Source: Octopus sinensis (taxonomy: Eukaryota). From it: a DNA stretch of 64,000 nt. Positions 12,895 through 26,247 of this stretch are shown piece after piece. Numbering within the stretch: the first letter of the stretch is position 1; every line of letters starts with the position of its first letter. The stretch spans positions 4,339,360-4,403,359 of the forward strand of contig NC_043019.1 in NCBI RefSeq assembly GCF_006345805.1. The letters run 5' to 3'. A model generated the notes under the pieces. That model was not told where the DNA came from. It searched no databases and saw nothing but the letters and a program-made list of their open reading frames with translations. The position numbers were made by a program, and so were the translations under genes.

Positions 12895-13190
12895 TAAAGC
12901 GAGATAGATGAGTGACAACCTGGCCACTGGTGGTGGTGTAACACACCATACTAATCATATCTGTCGGGCATGTGGAAGAGAGTGTAATTCGACAGGAGGA
13001 CTTAAACGACATGCAAAGGTACATGAAGCCCAGTTACAACTACAGTCGGCTATTACCGGTGAAGGTTTTAGTTGCTAATTCTGTACAAGACATTGTAGAT
13101 CTTTAGCTGGGCTAAAAAGTCACATTCGATCACAGCACCAGTAACAGTTAAGCTTCGTGCAATGGCCGTACTCGATAACGAGGGGGCAGC
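12895..13190 (+). mobile_element. Second copy of the zinc-finger short element
   Basis: Reverse complement of 6020-6315 with the same two ends. Confidence 0.7.
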
Positions 13191-14900
13191 CATCATGTAT
13201 GTATGTATGTAGATAGATGTATGTGTGTGGGAGTGGGTGTATGAATATATATATGTATATGCACATGTATGTAAGCATATGGATATGGAAGTAAACAGAT
13301 CAACATACAGACGGATAGTTACATAGGTTATATGAACAATCAAGCACACATGCGCAAATGAAGACTGAAACACATGACCATGTATACACATACACTTTAT
13401 TTCACACATGGACACATATGGAAACACACGTCTACACATATGGAGATGCACATCCATACATACAAACACGGTATATAGTCGCAAAACAAAGATACACTCA
13501 GACATGCACACACACGGACCGCCGAAGGTTAGCTGTTATCTACTACGTCAGTATTTGTGTATATATAACAAAGAGAGAGGAATTTCCCTCAAGTCGTACG
13601 CTACAAAGTAACTGGTTGATCGTGATCAAAATTCAGAGTTGCATCGATACACTAAAATTGAAAGCAATATGAGCAAAATTGAAGGGGGCTCATTTTGCGA
13701 ATGAAATTAACTAGACCCTGAAGAAGCAACAAACAAGATGAATTAGTTTGACACTCAAGAAAAATAGAAGAGGCTTTGACATTTCGAGTCTACGTTCTTC
13801 TCCAGAAGGAAAAGGGGAAACACACAGACACACAAGGAATCAGCTTCTAAATAAGCAAACCAATTATTTATACAGCAAGCTATGACAAGTATTCATTTAC
13901 TCACTAACTAAGCAACCAGACGACCAACTAATTTAGTAATAGTTATGTAAATAACTAATATCTAATTATGATTACGCAACCAAAATACAATCTTATGTAA
14001 ATAATTTAGGTTGACTATTCAAATTAACAGACTAATTATATATTGCCATTTACTTTTAGCTCACAATTATTGTTTTTTATTATTATTATTTAATTCGAGA
14101 ATAACGAAGAACTATATTTGAGAGATGTGGAGGCACATGGCCTAGTGGTTAGAGCAGCAGACTCGCGGTCGAGGGATCGCGGGTTCGAATCTCAGACCGG
14201 TCGATGTGTGTGTTTATGAGTGAAACACCTAAGCTCCACGCGGCTCCGGCACAAGGTAATGGTGAAACTTCTGTTGACTCTTTCGCCACAACTTTCTCTC
14301 ACTCTCTCCTCCTGCATCTTGCAGCTCACCTGCGATGGACCGGTGTCCCGTCCAGGTGGGGAACCTATACGCCAAGGAAACCGGGAAACCGGCCCTTATC
14401 AGCCAGGCATGGCTCCAGAAGGAACAAACAAATATTTGAGAGATAGTTTCAAGTAATCAGTGCCAGAACTACTAGCGTCGTCAGTGGGTGTCACGTGATG
14501 ATCACATGACACCTCCTAATGACGACGACGGCGACAGCGGGGAGTGGAGGCGCAATGATAAATGGTCTACGGCACAAATGAAATCACTTTAAACTTCCTA
14601 AAATAATATTCGAAGTGGTTTATTTCGAAGGAAATATAATTTTGAAGTGTTCATGCGTCATAATGAGAATCTGATCAAAGAATTTGCAATTAAAAAAGTA
14701 GGAGGAAATTTTACCAATATAAATAAAGTGGAAGTATACAAAAATATATATTATTTTCCACCTTACAGGTAGTTTTGTTTCGTTTTGGAAAAATAAAATT
14801 CCTTTTAAGGTTTATTATTGTTTATATATTCTGTATCAGATATAAATGGGGCACCAAAATCTTTAAAGTTTTTAGGCCCTCTATCGGTCTTAATCTAGCA

Positions 14901-14963
<63 letters not shown>

Positions 14964-16099
14964 TGAAAGAGGGTTTGAAAATGCAATTTTAAAAGATGTT
15001 TATTCACTTGACCGGTTTCACTTTTTTAGAAAAAGATTGTCAAAAGTAAAATGTAAAGCTTTGTATAAGCTTTCTTGTGTCAAGTACTGGTTGTCACAAA
15101 ACTATTAAAACACATATATACATTCTTTTTTTAACAACTACTTGTAGTTGTTAAGCACTGCTAGACTTTATGTAATCAGTGAGGTCGGGTTACAGCAAAT
15201 TGTTTTCTATTTTGCATCATACATAACAAATGAATGTTTGGCGAAGACATTTCAACTTTAATGAAATGTCAAGTCGCTTACTAACTGTAACAACTTGACC
15301 TAAGTCTTCAGCATTCTTCTCAATACTTTTTGCCAATGGTAATAACATTGTCGAGACAGACATGCTCTCATTTGTGTTTCTAAAAGCCATCACTAAGAAA
15401 AATGCTTAAAGCATTAGTCACAATGAATGGTGTCAACCTTGTAAACTGGAATAAGCGTTCTTCGACTTGAAATGAAGTTTATCTCACTTATAGTCGTTGT
15501 GAAGTGGAAATTGATAGTTTGAGGCTTTCAGATGTCGTTTGTTGTGGAATTTATTGTAAGGACTAGAATGTACGATATCTTCAAATTTAGGATATGGATA
15601 AGCACCTAGAAAGCAGTAGGGATTTATCGTTTGTGACAAGTCGATTGCAAGGTGTTATCTGTACTGTTTGCTACTACTACTACTACCCTTGTTGTTGCTG
15701 CTGTGCTGTTGCTGTTGAGCGAAGCGGTCTTCGTCCCAGAGTTCGCAAGATCGCACCTCAGGAGAAGTCCGAAACGTGGTCCTTTGCTATTCGTAAGACC
15801 TGCAGAAGAGAAAGCAGGTCAACCCCCCCCCCCCCGACACCGAGAGCATCGACGGATGGATGGATGCGCATCCAGGCTCATCGGTTGCGTAGGAAGTCGG
15901 GGACAAGAAACAGGAAGAAAGAGTGAGAGAAAGTTGGAGCGGAAGAGTACAACAGGGGTCGTCACCACCCCCTGTCGGAGCCTCGTGGAGCTTTAGGTGT
16001 TATCGTTCAATAAACACACACAACGCTTGGTCTGGGAATCGAAACCGCGATCCTGCGACCGCGAGTCCGCTGCCCTAACCACTGGGCCATTGCGCCTCC

Positions 16100-16312
16100 A
16101 CTGTTGTTGCTGCTACAACTACTGCTGCTGCTGCTGCTACTACTACTACTACTACTACTACTACTTATGCTTGTTCTAGAGAGATTTAGAGCTCAATAAT
16201 ACTGTTTGCTACTATTACTACTTTTGCTGCTACTACTACTGCTGCTGCTGCTGTTACTACTACTACTACTACTACAACTACTACTACTACTACTACAACT
16301 ACTACTACTACA

Positions 16313-16348
<36 letters not shown>

Positions 16349-16420
16349 GCTACTACTACAACAACTACTACTACAACTACTACTACTATTACTACAACTA
16401 CTACTACTACTACTACTTAT
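16100..16420. repeat. (CTA)n/(CTG)n trinucleotide tract
   Basis: Seen directly. Other triplet tracts: (CTG/CGT) 19340-19450, (AAG/ATG) 28160-28400, (GAT/GGT) 34685-34880, (GGT) 58440-58680, (AAT) 61520-61775. Confidence 0.95.
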
Positions 16421-16718
16421 GCTTGTTCTAGAGAGATTAAGAGCTCATAGTATTATCATAAAGAATCATAATGAACATTTATTCAAGTGGCAAGACTTGG
16501 TGGCAATTGGTTTTAATTTCTTGCATGGGAGGGGGAAAAAACGAGGTGGGGATGGTCACCAACATAGAGACGAATCAAATAATTGCAAGATATCTTGTTG
16601 ATTTTCTGAACTGTGTTATTCAGGAAACTCGTCCCGGGATTATAGAAGTGCAAAAGTTAAGCACGTGTATTTAAACGCACTTTTACATCGCAAACCACAT
16701 CAGATGTTTGAACTTGAT

Positions 16719-17100
16719 GGAAGCACTTCGTCGGTTACGACGATGAGGGTTCCGGTTGATCCGAATCAACGGAACAGCCTGCTCGTGAAATTAACGTGTA
16801 AGTGGCTGAGCACTCCACAGACACGTGTACTCTCAACGTAGTTCTCGGGGATATTCAGCGTGACACAGAGAGTGACAAGGCCGGCCCTTTGAAATACAGG
16901 TACAACAGAAACAGGAAGTAAGAGTGAGAGAAAGTTGTGGTGAAAGAGTACAGCAGGGATCACCACCATCCCCTGCCAGAGCCTCGTGGAGCTTTAGGTG
17001 TTTTCGCTCAATAAACACTCACAACGCCCGGTCTGGGAATCGAAACCGCGATCCTATGACCGCGAGTCCGCTGCCCTAACCACTGGGCCATTGCGCCTCC
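16719..17100 (-). mobile_element. SINE family B (tRNA-like head GGAGGCGCAATGGCCCAGTGGTTAGGGCAGCGGACTCGCGG)
   Basis: Near-identical copies at 42228-42609 and 63175-63555. Variants with other bodies at 14128-14430, 15715-16099, 36524-36828, 53340-53522 and 60295-60587. Confidence 0.85.
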
Positions 17101-17270
17101 ACGTTTGAACTTATAGACAGATAAAACAACCAATTTAAATGAGTTGAAACATTTAGCTTAAACTGAGTTGTCGAACTAATTTGAAGACGTTGCCGAGATG
17201 TGGACTGTGTGAGATTTTTGCAAACGTCCTTACCATTGATAGCAGTTGCACTGCTCAAATCGAATAAATA

Positions 17271-17994
17271 CCGTAAATCCTCGAGTGTAGTCCACAGGGG
17301 ATTTTTAGGGGACTGTACCTCTGAAAAACCTAAACCTAGTGTATAATACGCACCCCTTCTCTAACTTAAGTCAGGGAGGTCTATATAACGTCCTTGGTTT
17401 GTAAAAGTGTATACGGTAACGTCCTTTATTATTGCATTCTTGCCTTCTTTATCTTTGGTATCTGTTTAATTTCCTCTTTATTTCTTCTCCATAACCTGAC
17501 ATTGCTTTCGTCAACATCAAATTTTCTTCCGGCGGCCCTATTACCATGCTCTTCAGCATATGATATAACTTCAAGTTTAAACATAGCTGAATAAGATCTA
17601 GGAGGCATTTTATGGGCATATAATGTATAAAATATTTTATTGGAGATTAATGTACAGGTTTAAGTCCCGCTTATAAAAAAAACTCTAGTAAAGACCCACA
17701 GTAGTCCAAACGTTTAATACTGGTATTTAATTAAGTATCTATTGTTTGCCACGGTAATGGTGCAAACTGCCACTACAAACAGCAGGATGGCCTATTTAGC
17801 GCTAAACTATTAAGCACAATTCGTGCGTAATTAAGCCAGCAAAATGCGTCTGAATAAACATTGCCGGACAGCAAATAGACTCGAACATTGCTTAGAAAAT
17901 ATTTTTCCTTTCTAACCTCGTATATAGTACGCACTAGGGATTTTGACCTTTAAATTTTGGGGGGAAAATGCGGATTATACTCGAGGATTTACGG
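17271..17994 (-). mobile_element. pogo/Tigger-type deletion derivative retaining the transposase N-terminus
   Basis: Same TIR and TA TSD as 3809-4320, and it contains the mini-ORF at 17429-17608. Confidence 0.85.
17429..17608 (-). CDS. 59-aa pogo transposase N-terminal HTH (Brinker-DBD-like): MPPRSYSAMFKLEVISYAEEHGNRAAGRKFDVDESNVRLWRRNKEEIKQIPKIKKARMQ*
   Basis: Manual translation from ATG to TAA. The RSY...FKL.V..YAE.HGNRAA.R.F.V.E..VR.W pattern matches POGK-like DNA-binding domains. Confidence 0.7.
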   Translation of the reverse strand: MPPRSYSAMFKLEVISYAEEHGNRAAGRKFDVDESNVRLWRRNKEEIKQIPKIKKARMQ

Positions 17995-18489
17995 TAATCA
18001 ATACGTTACTTAATTGTATTGATGACAGAGTATGTGACATTATAATTATAACTTAAATTCATGTTATTCTTATACATTTGCTAATACCAATTTACTATAT
18101 GTATATATACGCAAATACGCACAATACGCTGTACTGTACTTAATTATCAACTCAACTCAGAAACAGCTGTAAAGAATCGCTTTGGTTTCTGCTCTCCTTT
18201 ATCCGTGATGGTAGTGTATGAAATCTCCAGATACCTACCTATCTATGAAAATCTACCATTAGCATTACTGTTAGGGTTAACGTTACGGTTTAAGGTTGGC
18301 GTTACGGTTATGGTCATTGATTGGCTTATTCGTCTTTGTCGTTGTTTTCTTTTTTATAGAACAGAAACTAAAATCACTGAACTCAGCAAAGACCAGCGGT
18401 CAGAGAAAAGGGAAAGAACTGTTTACTTTCAAGCTGAAAGTTTACTTCAGCAAACAATCTCGCACACAAACACGCATAGATAGTGGGTA

Positions 18490-19161
<672 letters not shown>

Positions 19162-19345
19162 GTGGGGTTTCAAACAGACAGTCAGACGGACGGACAGATG
19201 GACAGACACACAGACTGACAGTATGTGATTAGCTTCTTGATAGAATCGTATAAAAATGTTCAAAATAAGGAGAGCCATTCAACAAGTCGTTTGACAGGTT
19301 TAAAACTATTTCGATTATAATGACAATGATGATGCAATGTGCTGC

Positions 19346-19412
<67 letters not shown>

Positions 19413-19468
19413 CATCGTCGTCGTCGTCGTCGTCGTCATCGTCATCACTATTGTCGTTCTTGTTTTCT

Positions 19469-19742
19469 TTTACTCTTTTCACTCTTTTACTCTTTTCACT
19501 TGTTTCAGTCATTTGACTGTGGCCATGCTGGAGCACCGCCTTTAGTCGACCGAGCAAATCAACCCCAGGACTTATTCTTTGTAAGCCTACTACTTATTCT
19601 ATCGGTCTCTTTTGCCGAACCGCTAACTTACACACCAGCATCGGTTGTCAAGCGATGTTGGGGCTACAAACACAAACACACAAACATATACACATACATA
19701 CATATATATATAGATACATACATACATACATACATACATACA

Positions 19743-19788
<46 letters not shown>

Positions 19789-19966
19789 CATTTATATATA
19801 TGCGACGGGCTTCTTTCAGTTTCCGTCTACCAAATCCACTCACAGGGCTTTGGTCGGCCCGCGGCTATAGTAGAAAACACTTGCCCAAGGTGACACGCAG
19901 TGGGACTGAACCCGGAACCATGTGGTTCGTAAGGAAGCTACTTACCACACAGCCACTCCTACGTCT
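19469..19966 (-). mobile_element. SINE family A
   Basis: Full head-to-tail match to the family. Confidence 0.85.
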
Positions 19967-20431
19967 ATAACTGTGATTAAAGGCATCCCGAGTTCGACCA
20001 ATCCAGCTTTGACGCCAACAGTTGATATTCCAAATGTGTACTTCATTCAGCAGACAACGAAGATGCAATTTTCTGCTTTCATTCTTGGAGCACTCCGTCG
20101 GTTGCGACGACGAGGGTGCCTGCTGATACGATCAACGGAACAGCCTGCTTGTGAAATTATCGTGCAAGTGGCTGAGCACTCCACAGACACGCGTACCCCT
20201 AACGTAGTTCTCAGGGAGATTCTGCGGCTCTTTGAAATACAGGTACTATTCATTTTTGCCAGATGAGTGGACTGGAGCAACGTGAAATAGAGTGTCTTGC
20301 TCAAGGACACAACGCGTCGCCGGGAATTGAACTCACGACCTTACAATCGTGAGCCGAATGCCCTAACCAATAAGCCACGCGCCTTCACTCTACTTTCAAT
20401 CAACATGACAGAAAAGATGCCATACAGAGTA

Positions 20432-20565
20432 AGACCTAGCAGACGACCCTAGCAGACGATCTAGACGACGACCCTAGCAGACGACCCAAGCAGACGACCC
20501 TAGCAGACTACCCTAGCAACGACCCTAGCAGACGACCTTGCAGACGACCCTAGCAGACGACCCTA
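20432..20565 (+). repeat. 13-bp minisatellite (GACGACCCTAGCA)n
   Basis: About 10 imperfect units directly upstream of the Penelope remnant. Confidence 0.85.
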
Positions 20566-20569
20566 CTTC

Positions 20570-21085
20570 AATCCGCTGTCAATGCTGAAGGATTCCGAGG
20601 GGGACCCATCAAAACTCAATGATGCCTTACGTGTCTTTGTAGAATGGCTGAACAGAATAATATTGGAGAGCTGCTAAATTTGGCAAGGATTTTGAAGAGC
20701 CGTCCTACATAGATATAGGAACCAAGACTGCAATAGGATACAGAGAACTCGTGACAAAGCAAACAGGGCGAACACGAGGTATAAAACCGACAAATATCAA
20801 GGAGTTATGTTTGTAGAGGCCACAGCCCATGGAGAACTAGCCCATAGATATGGAAAAGCCCTGAAGGAAACCAAACTTTACATTAAGATTGTTGAAAAGC
20901 CAGGGAACTCCGTTAGATCACAACTATGTAGGACTTACCCCTTTAAGAATACCATATGCACCAATGATAACTGCATGGTATGTAGGATTAGCCCTGGCAT
21001 TAACTGTAGAATTAAAAATGTAGTTTACAGCATAAGATGAATAGAAGGTGCTTGTAAGGACATGAACATGACATACATAGGAATA
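20570..21085 (+). mobile_element. Penelope-like element C-terminal remnant (linker, Cys cluster, GIY-YIG start)
   Basis: GVMFVEAT.HGELA...KIVEKPG...C...C..C...NCRIKNVVYSI...TYIG. Confidence 0.7.
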
Positions 21086-22229
21086 GGGAGGAAGTAGAGG
21101 GGAGAGGGTATATATGTATGTATGTTTGAATGTATATAAACATACCGACATAATTAGTGGTAATTATACGTTCATTATTATCCTGATAATATAAACAACA
21201 TAAATATTCGCGCATGCGTTCTTCTGCCACACACTCAGTGAATAAATAAACAGACCATACTGGCTTCAGTTGATTAAATAACAACATGTGATTATAATTA
21301 TTCATCTCAATGATTAGCCTGGATTTTTTTCGATCAGTTCTTGAATAAATATAAACAATTTTAAAGGCGGTGCTCCAGCATGGCCGCGGTCAAATGACTG
21401 AAACAAGTAAAAGAATTTATTTTGATATTGCGTCAGCTTGTGGCCAAAAATTAATTACGCAGATTACTCAATGTTGGCTTCCAATATATTGCTTTAAATA
21501 CCAGTAATACGCGTGGGTAGAATTCTTCGTGCATACCACATATATGTGACTGTGTAGTAAGAAGCTAGATTCCCAGCCGAGTTAATCTGGGTTCAGTTCC
21601 ACTGCGTGGCACCTGAGGCGAGTGTCTTTTACGATAGTCTCGGACCGTGCGTGTGTGTATGTGTGCGTATGTGTGTGTGCGTGTATGTGTGAGTGTGTAT
21701 GTGTGTGTGTGCGTGTGTGTGTGTATGTGTGTGTGTGTGTGGTGTGTGTGTGTGTGTGTGTACATCGTTGGCGTTCAATAATGTTAGACAGCGTTCTGGA
21801 AACTTTCAATTGGTCCTATGAGTTTGCATCCGGTAGATCAATCAAAAATCCATTTGCATATTGCAATTAGTAATATAATTGACATTTAGCCGACTTCACT
21901 AATAACAGGAGGACTTTACAGGCATGTGTTGAAATCCTTTCTACTTCATAAATTAGATTGCATTCCTTTAAGAAGGACGGCGAGGAAATATTGTTTCAAC
22001 TGGGTGGTGCCCTACCATGGTTTGATATTAATGAGAGAAAGGGTGTTGGAATGGCATTGTTGGAATGTCGGACAAAATGCTTTGCTGTATTTGTTTCAGG
22101 TCAATACATTCTGACTTCATTCTGAGAGCAGTGCATGCCATCAAAGTGACACTAGGGTAAAATATATAAAGCCCAGTATACCCATCATGACTACCTGTCT
22201 GATAAGGGTACACTAGGAACATGCATCAC

Positions 22230-22586
22230 AACCATATGTGCACGACATGGTGATCTCATATCGAGATAAACAGCACATGACCTTGCAGGTGGGACCCAGT
22301 TAGAGTTTTCTTCTGGTCGAGTAGCCCATCCCGCTCAAAAAGTCCGAACGAAACACCCATGTTTCCAGAGGTGAATTATTCGTGATCAGAGATGCATATA
22401 TCGTCAGCCACTAAGGGACATGCTCAACTGGTTAGGTCAAACAACTGACAAGCAAATCTGTGGTATTGAGCAGAATATTTGCTATACCCCATCTTTTATA
22501 CCAAGACAAAACAATGTACATAATAACACTTCCAATCAGTTAAGATCGGAAGCCATGAGAGCCACTGCCTGGTACTGCATCAGGGC

Positions 22587-22621
<35 letters not shown>

Positions 22622-22650
22622 TATTATTATTATTATTATTATTATCATTA
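22230..22650 (+). mobile_element. Unclassified retroposon with (ATT)n tail (family G)
   Basis: Reverse-complement copy at about 61520-62130 with a long (AAT)n. Partial copies near 9920-10100, 26540-26690 and 57940-58115. Confidence 0.6.
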
Positions 22651-23038
22651 ATTTTCAAATTTCGCCGAGGTCCTCTTGGAGTTGATAAAATAAAACACCA
22701 GTTGTGTTCTGGGGGTCAATGTAATTGACTTATTCCGTCTTCAAAAATATCAGACCATCTGATATCATTTAAGGCGGTGAACTGGCATTTCGTCTGTCTT
22801 TACGTTCTGAGTTCAAATTTTGCCGAGGTCGACTTTGCCTTTCATCCTTTAAGAGTTGATAAATTAAGCACCAGTTGGATACTGGGGTCGATTCAATCGA
22901 CTTAGTCACTTCCCCTGAAATTTCTGGCCTTATACCAAAGTTTGAGACCCTTACACTGTGTAACACGATTTTTGTCCTTGGGGTAGTAACTATTATTTCC
23001 TATTCGCTTACCCGTAGAAGGTAGGAAAAATAGCTAAT

Positions 23039-23338
23039 ACTAGCAGTATCGCCCGGCGTTGCTCGGGTTTGTAAGGGAAATAACTATATAAGCATTTTTA
23101 GAGAGTTGCTTCCCTTATATAATAGCAAAAAAATGCATTAGAAATGGAAAAGGATGAAGGTAATTTTTTTTTTTTAATCGTAGACTCATCGTAGACGCGC
23201 GCTAATACCCAGAAGGGCTCGATATGAATCACGACTATAAGATACCCGGTTTTGGTTAAACTGCACCGCAAAATGTGGCAGTAGTTAGGAATCTAAATCG
23301 TAGGAGACACAGACAACTTCACTTTTATATATAAAGAT
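23039..23338 (+). mobile_element. Non-autonomous Helentron/Helitron-like element (HINE family 1)
   Basis: Starts ACTAGCAGTATCGCCCGGCGTTGCTCGGG (subterminal hairpin) and ends ACAACTTCACTTTTATATATAAAGAT. No TSD, T|T context, DINE-1/Lep1-like architecture. Confidence 0.7.
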
Positions 23339-23484
23339 TTCAGAAAAGCAAGAAAATGTTTCCGATACGACTTACGAGATTTATGATACCTAAAAAATAA
23401 TTAATTTAGTAAAAGAGTAATAAATGTTTTAAAGGTGAGATATAGAGTCACGTGAACATTACGGACCGTCGTAATTTGAACTTT

Positions 23485-23886
23485 GGATATTTTACGGTTT
23501 GAACGGCAGTTTTTAATATAATTTATAGGTAACTAAACACTTTTAAACTTCTTATACTGGTGGAATGTGTTTATAAAACATCTTTTTCTCTTGGCTTTAT
23601 TGAGAAAATTCTATAGTTTGTAAGATATTTGTTGGGGTTTTTTTCTGCAATTTCAACCAATCACTGACGTCTATTGAGGTAAACAACATTCTGTGCCGTA
23701 TGAATATGTCCCTCGTTTAAGAAACAGACTGGGTTTATTTACATTTCTGAAGAAAAAAAGACACCCTTCCCCCTCTAACCCTAAAATAGATTGAAATGCA
23801 ATAAGATCGATACCAGGGTCATAATTATGGGTGACAATTTCACATGACACCGCTAGAAAAAACTGCCGTTCAAACCGAAAATATCC
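23485..23886. mobile_element. MITE with ~25-bp TIR (GGATATTTT..GGTTTGAACGGCAGTTTT)
   Basis: TIRs visible at both ends. Copies at 25132-25537 and, inverted, at about 40447-40867. Confidence 0.75.
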
Positions 23887-24090
23887 CGTAATTTTCATTC
23901 ACGTTTATTATCAAATCAACACAATTACAGATAACACTTAGGATAATATCATTTTTTTAAAAAATAGAAATATTAAAATTCTCAGATTGAAAGGATTAAA
24001 TAAAACAATTACTACGAAATAAAATAAAAGATATTACAAAATATGGAAGAACTAATTAAATACAGCTATATAAGTGAAAGTATAAATCAG

Positions 24091-24106
24091 TCACTGTACT
24101 AAATAG
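24091..24106 (+). promoter_or_regulatory. PSE-like element upstream of U2 copy 1
   Basis: TCACTGTACTAAATAG at about -53 to -38 resembles the metazoan PSE consensus TCACCNTNASTNAAAAG. It is identical at 25741-25756. Confidence 0.5.
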
Positions 24107-24143
24107 AAATAGGTATAATAGTTCTAAGCTAGGGTGAAAATTT

Positions 24144-24333
24144 ATCGCTTCTCGGCCTTTTGGCTAAGATCAAAGTGTAGTATCTGTTCTTATCAGCTTA
24201 ATATCTGATACGGTCCCTATTTGGGACCATCGATATTAAACTGATTTTTAGAACGAGGCGAAGAGTTAGGGGCTTGCTCCGCCTTTGCCACGGGTTGGCC
24301 TGGTATAGCAGTACTTCCAGGATTCAGCCCATC
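24144..24333 (+). ncRNA. U2: U2 spliceosomal snRNA, copy 1
   Basis: ATCGCTTCTCGGCCTTTTGGCTAAGATCAAAGTGTAGTATCTGTTCTTATCAG 5' end, intact branch-point pairing region, Sm site GATTTTTAG, stem III GGCGAAG/CTTTGCC and stem IV. About 190 nt. Confidence 0.97.
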
Positions 24334-24353
24334 TCCCACCCGGGAGATATAAA

Positions 24354-24368
24354 CAAATTAAAAACAGA
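24354..24368 (+). terminator. 3' box-like element downstream of U2 copy 1
   Basis: AAATTAAAAACAGAC about 20 nt after the mature end resembles the snRNA 3' box (GTTYN0-3AAARRYAGA). It is conserved in copy 2 near 26003-26017. Confidence 0.4.
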
Positions 24369-24600
24369 CTCAAAATATCCTGACATCCCTTCTACCACCT
24401 TCCAGCAAGGGATCAGACCTGTATTCTATGATGTCCGCTGCCGTTAAGCTTTTCGTCTTCCGTTTTTAATACAAGGCTTGTGGTTTTGACTGCTATTTCT
24501 AATCGCTCCGGTCTGTCATAGTAAGCATAAATTGCAAAGCAACAGTTAGTTACTGCAAGATTGAAAGCCACCCTTATAATTTGTTTTTTAATTATAAAAT

Positions 24601-24985
24601 ACTAGCAGTATCGCCCGGCGTTGCTCGGATTTGTAAGGGAAATAACTATATAAACATTTTTAGAGATGTAAAGTATAATAGCCATCTCAATATGGCTAAC
24701 CACAAAGGGGGGGGGTCTGTAGCTTTTTACGTTCTGAGATTTAATAATACAGTTTTAGAGAGTTACTTCCCTTATATAAACCGAGCGAAAATGCATTGAA
24801 AATGCGGAAAAATTATGTTAAATTTTTTTTTTATCGTAGACACGCGCTAATACCCAGAAGGGCTCGATATGAATCACGACTATAAGATACCCGGTTTTGG
24901 TTAAACTGCACCGCAAAATGTGGGAGTAGTTAGGAATCTAAATCGTAGGAGACAGACACACGACTTCACTTTTAAATATAAAGAT
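24601..24985 (+). mobile_element. HINE family 1, longer version at the duplication junction
   Basis: Same termini, with an extra internal segment of about 100 bp. Confidence 0.7.
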
Positions 24986-25131
24986 TTCAGAAAAGCAAGA
25001 AAATGTTTCCGATACGACTTACGAGATTTATGATACCTAAAAAATAATTAATTTAGTAAAAGAGTAATAAATGTTTTACTGGTGAGATATAGAGTCACGT
25101 GAACATTACGGACCGTTGTAATTCGTACTTT

Positions 25132-25537
25132 GGATATTTTCCGTTTGAACGGCAGTTTTTAATATAATTTATAGGTAACTAAACACTTTTAAACTTCTTA
25201 TACTGGTGGAATGTGTTTATAAAACATCTTTTTCTCTTGGCTTTATTGAGAAAATTCTATAGTTTGTAAGATATTTGTTGTCTTTTTTCTTCAATTTCTG
25301 CAATTTCAACCAATCACTGACGTCTATTGGGGTAAACAGCATTCTGTGCCGTATGAATATGTCCCTCGTTTAAGAAACAGACTGGGTTTATTTACATTTC
25401 TGAAGAAAAAAAGATAACCCCCCCCTCTAACCCTAAAATAGATTGAAATGCAATAGATCGATACTAGGGTCATAATTATGGGTGACAATTTCATGTGACA
25501 CCGCTAGAAAAAACTGCCGTTCAAACCGAAAATATCC
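25132..25537. mobile_element. Same MITE in the second U2 unit
   Basis: Near-identical to 23485-23886. Confidence 0.75.
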
Positions 25538-25740
25538 CGTAATTTTCATTCACGTTTATTATCAAATCAACACAATTACAGATTACGCTTAGGATAATAT
25601 CATTTTTAAAAAAATAGAAATATTAAAATTCTCAGGTTGAAAGGATTAAATAAAACAATTACTACGAAATAAAATAAAAGATATTACAAAATATGGAAGA
25701 ACTAATTAAATACAGCTATATAAGTGTAAGTATAAATCAG

Positions 25741-25756
25741 TCACTGTACTAAATAG
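25741..25756 (+). promoter_or_regulatory. PSE-like element upstream of U2 copy 2
   Basis: TCACTGTACTAAATAG at about -52 from the U2 start. Confidence 0.5.
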
Positions 25757-25792
25757 AAATAGGTATAATTGTTCTAAGCTAGGGTGAAAATT

Positions 25793-25982
25793 ATCGCTTC
25801 TCGGCCTTTTGGCTAAGATCAAAGTGTAGTATCTGTTCTTATCAGCTTAATATCTGATACGGTCCCCATTTGGGACCATCGATATTAAACTGATTTTTAG
25901 AACTGGGCGAAGAGTTAGGGGCTTGCTCCGCCTTTGCCACGGGTTGGCCTGGTATAGCAGTACTTCCAGGATTCAGCCCATC
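25793..25982 (+). ncRNA. U2: U2 spliceosomal snRNA, copy 2
   Basis: Same hallmarks as copy 1. Differs at stem IIb (CCCC vs CCCT) and just after the Sm site (ACTGGGCG vs ACGAGGCG). Confidence 0.97.
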
Positions 25983-26247
25983 TCCCACCCGGGAGATATA
26001 AACAAATTAAAAACAGACTTTATATCCTGACATCCCTTCTACCACATTCCAGCAAGGGATCAGACCTGTATTCTATGATGTCCGCTGCCGTTAAGCTTTT
26101 CGTCTTCCGTTTTTAATACAAGGCTTGTGGTTTTGACTGCTATTTCTAATCACTCCGGTCTGTCATAGTAAGTATAAATTGCAAAGCAACAGTTAGTTAC
26201 TGCAAGATAGAAAGCCATCCTTATAATTTGTTTTTTAATTATAAATT

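Noticed and set aside
17027-17100. tRNA-like sequences at SINE heads (families A-D)
   Set aside because: They have A/B boxes but no complete cloverleaf or acceptor stem, and they continue into SINE bodies. They are not tRNA genes.
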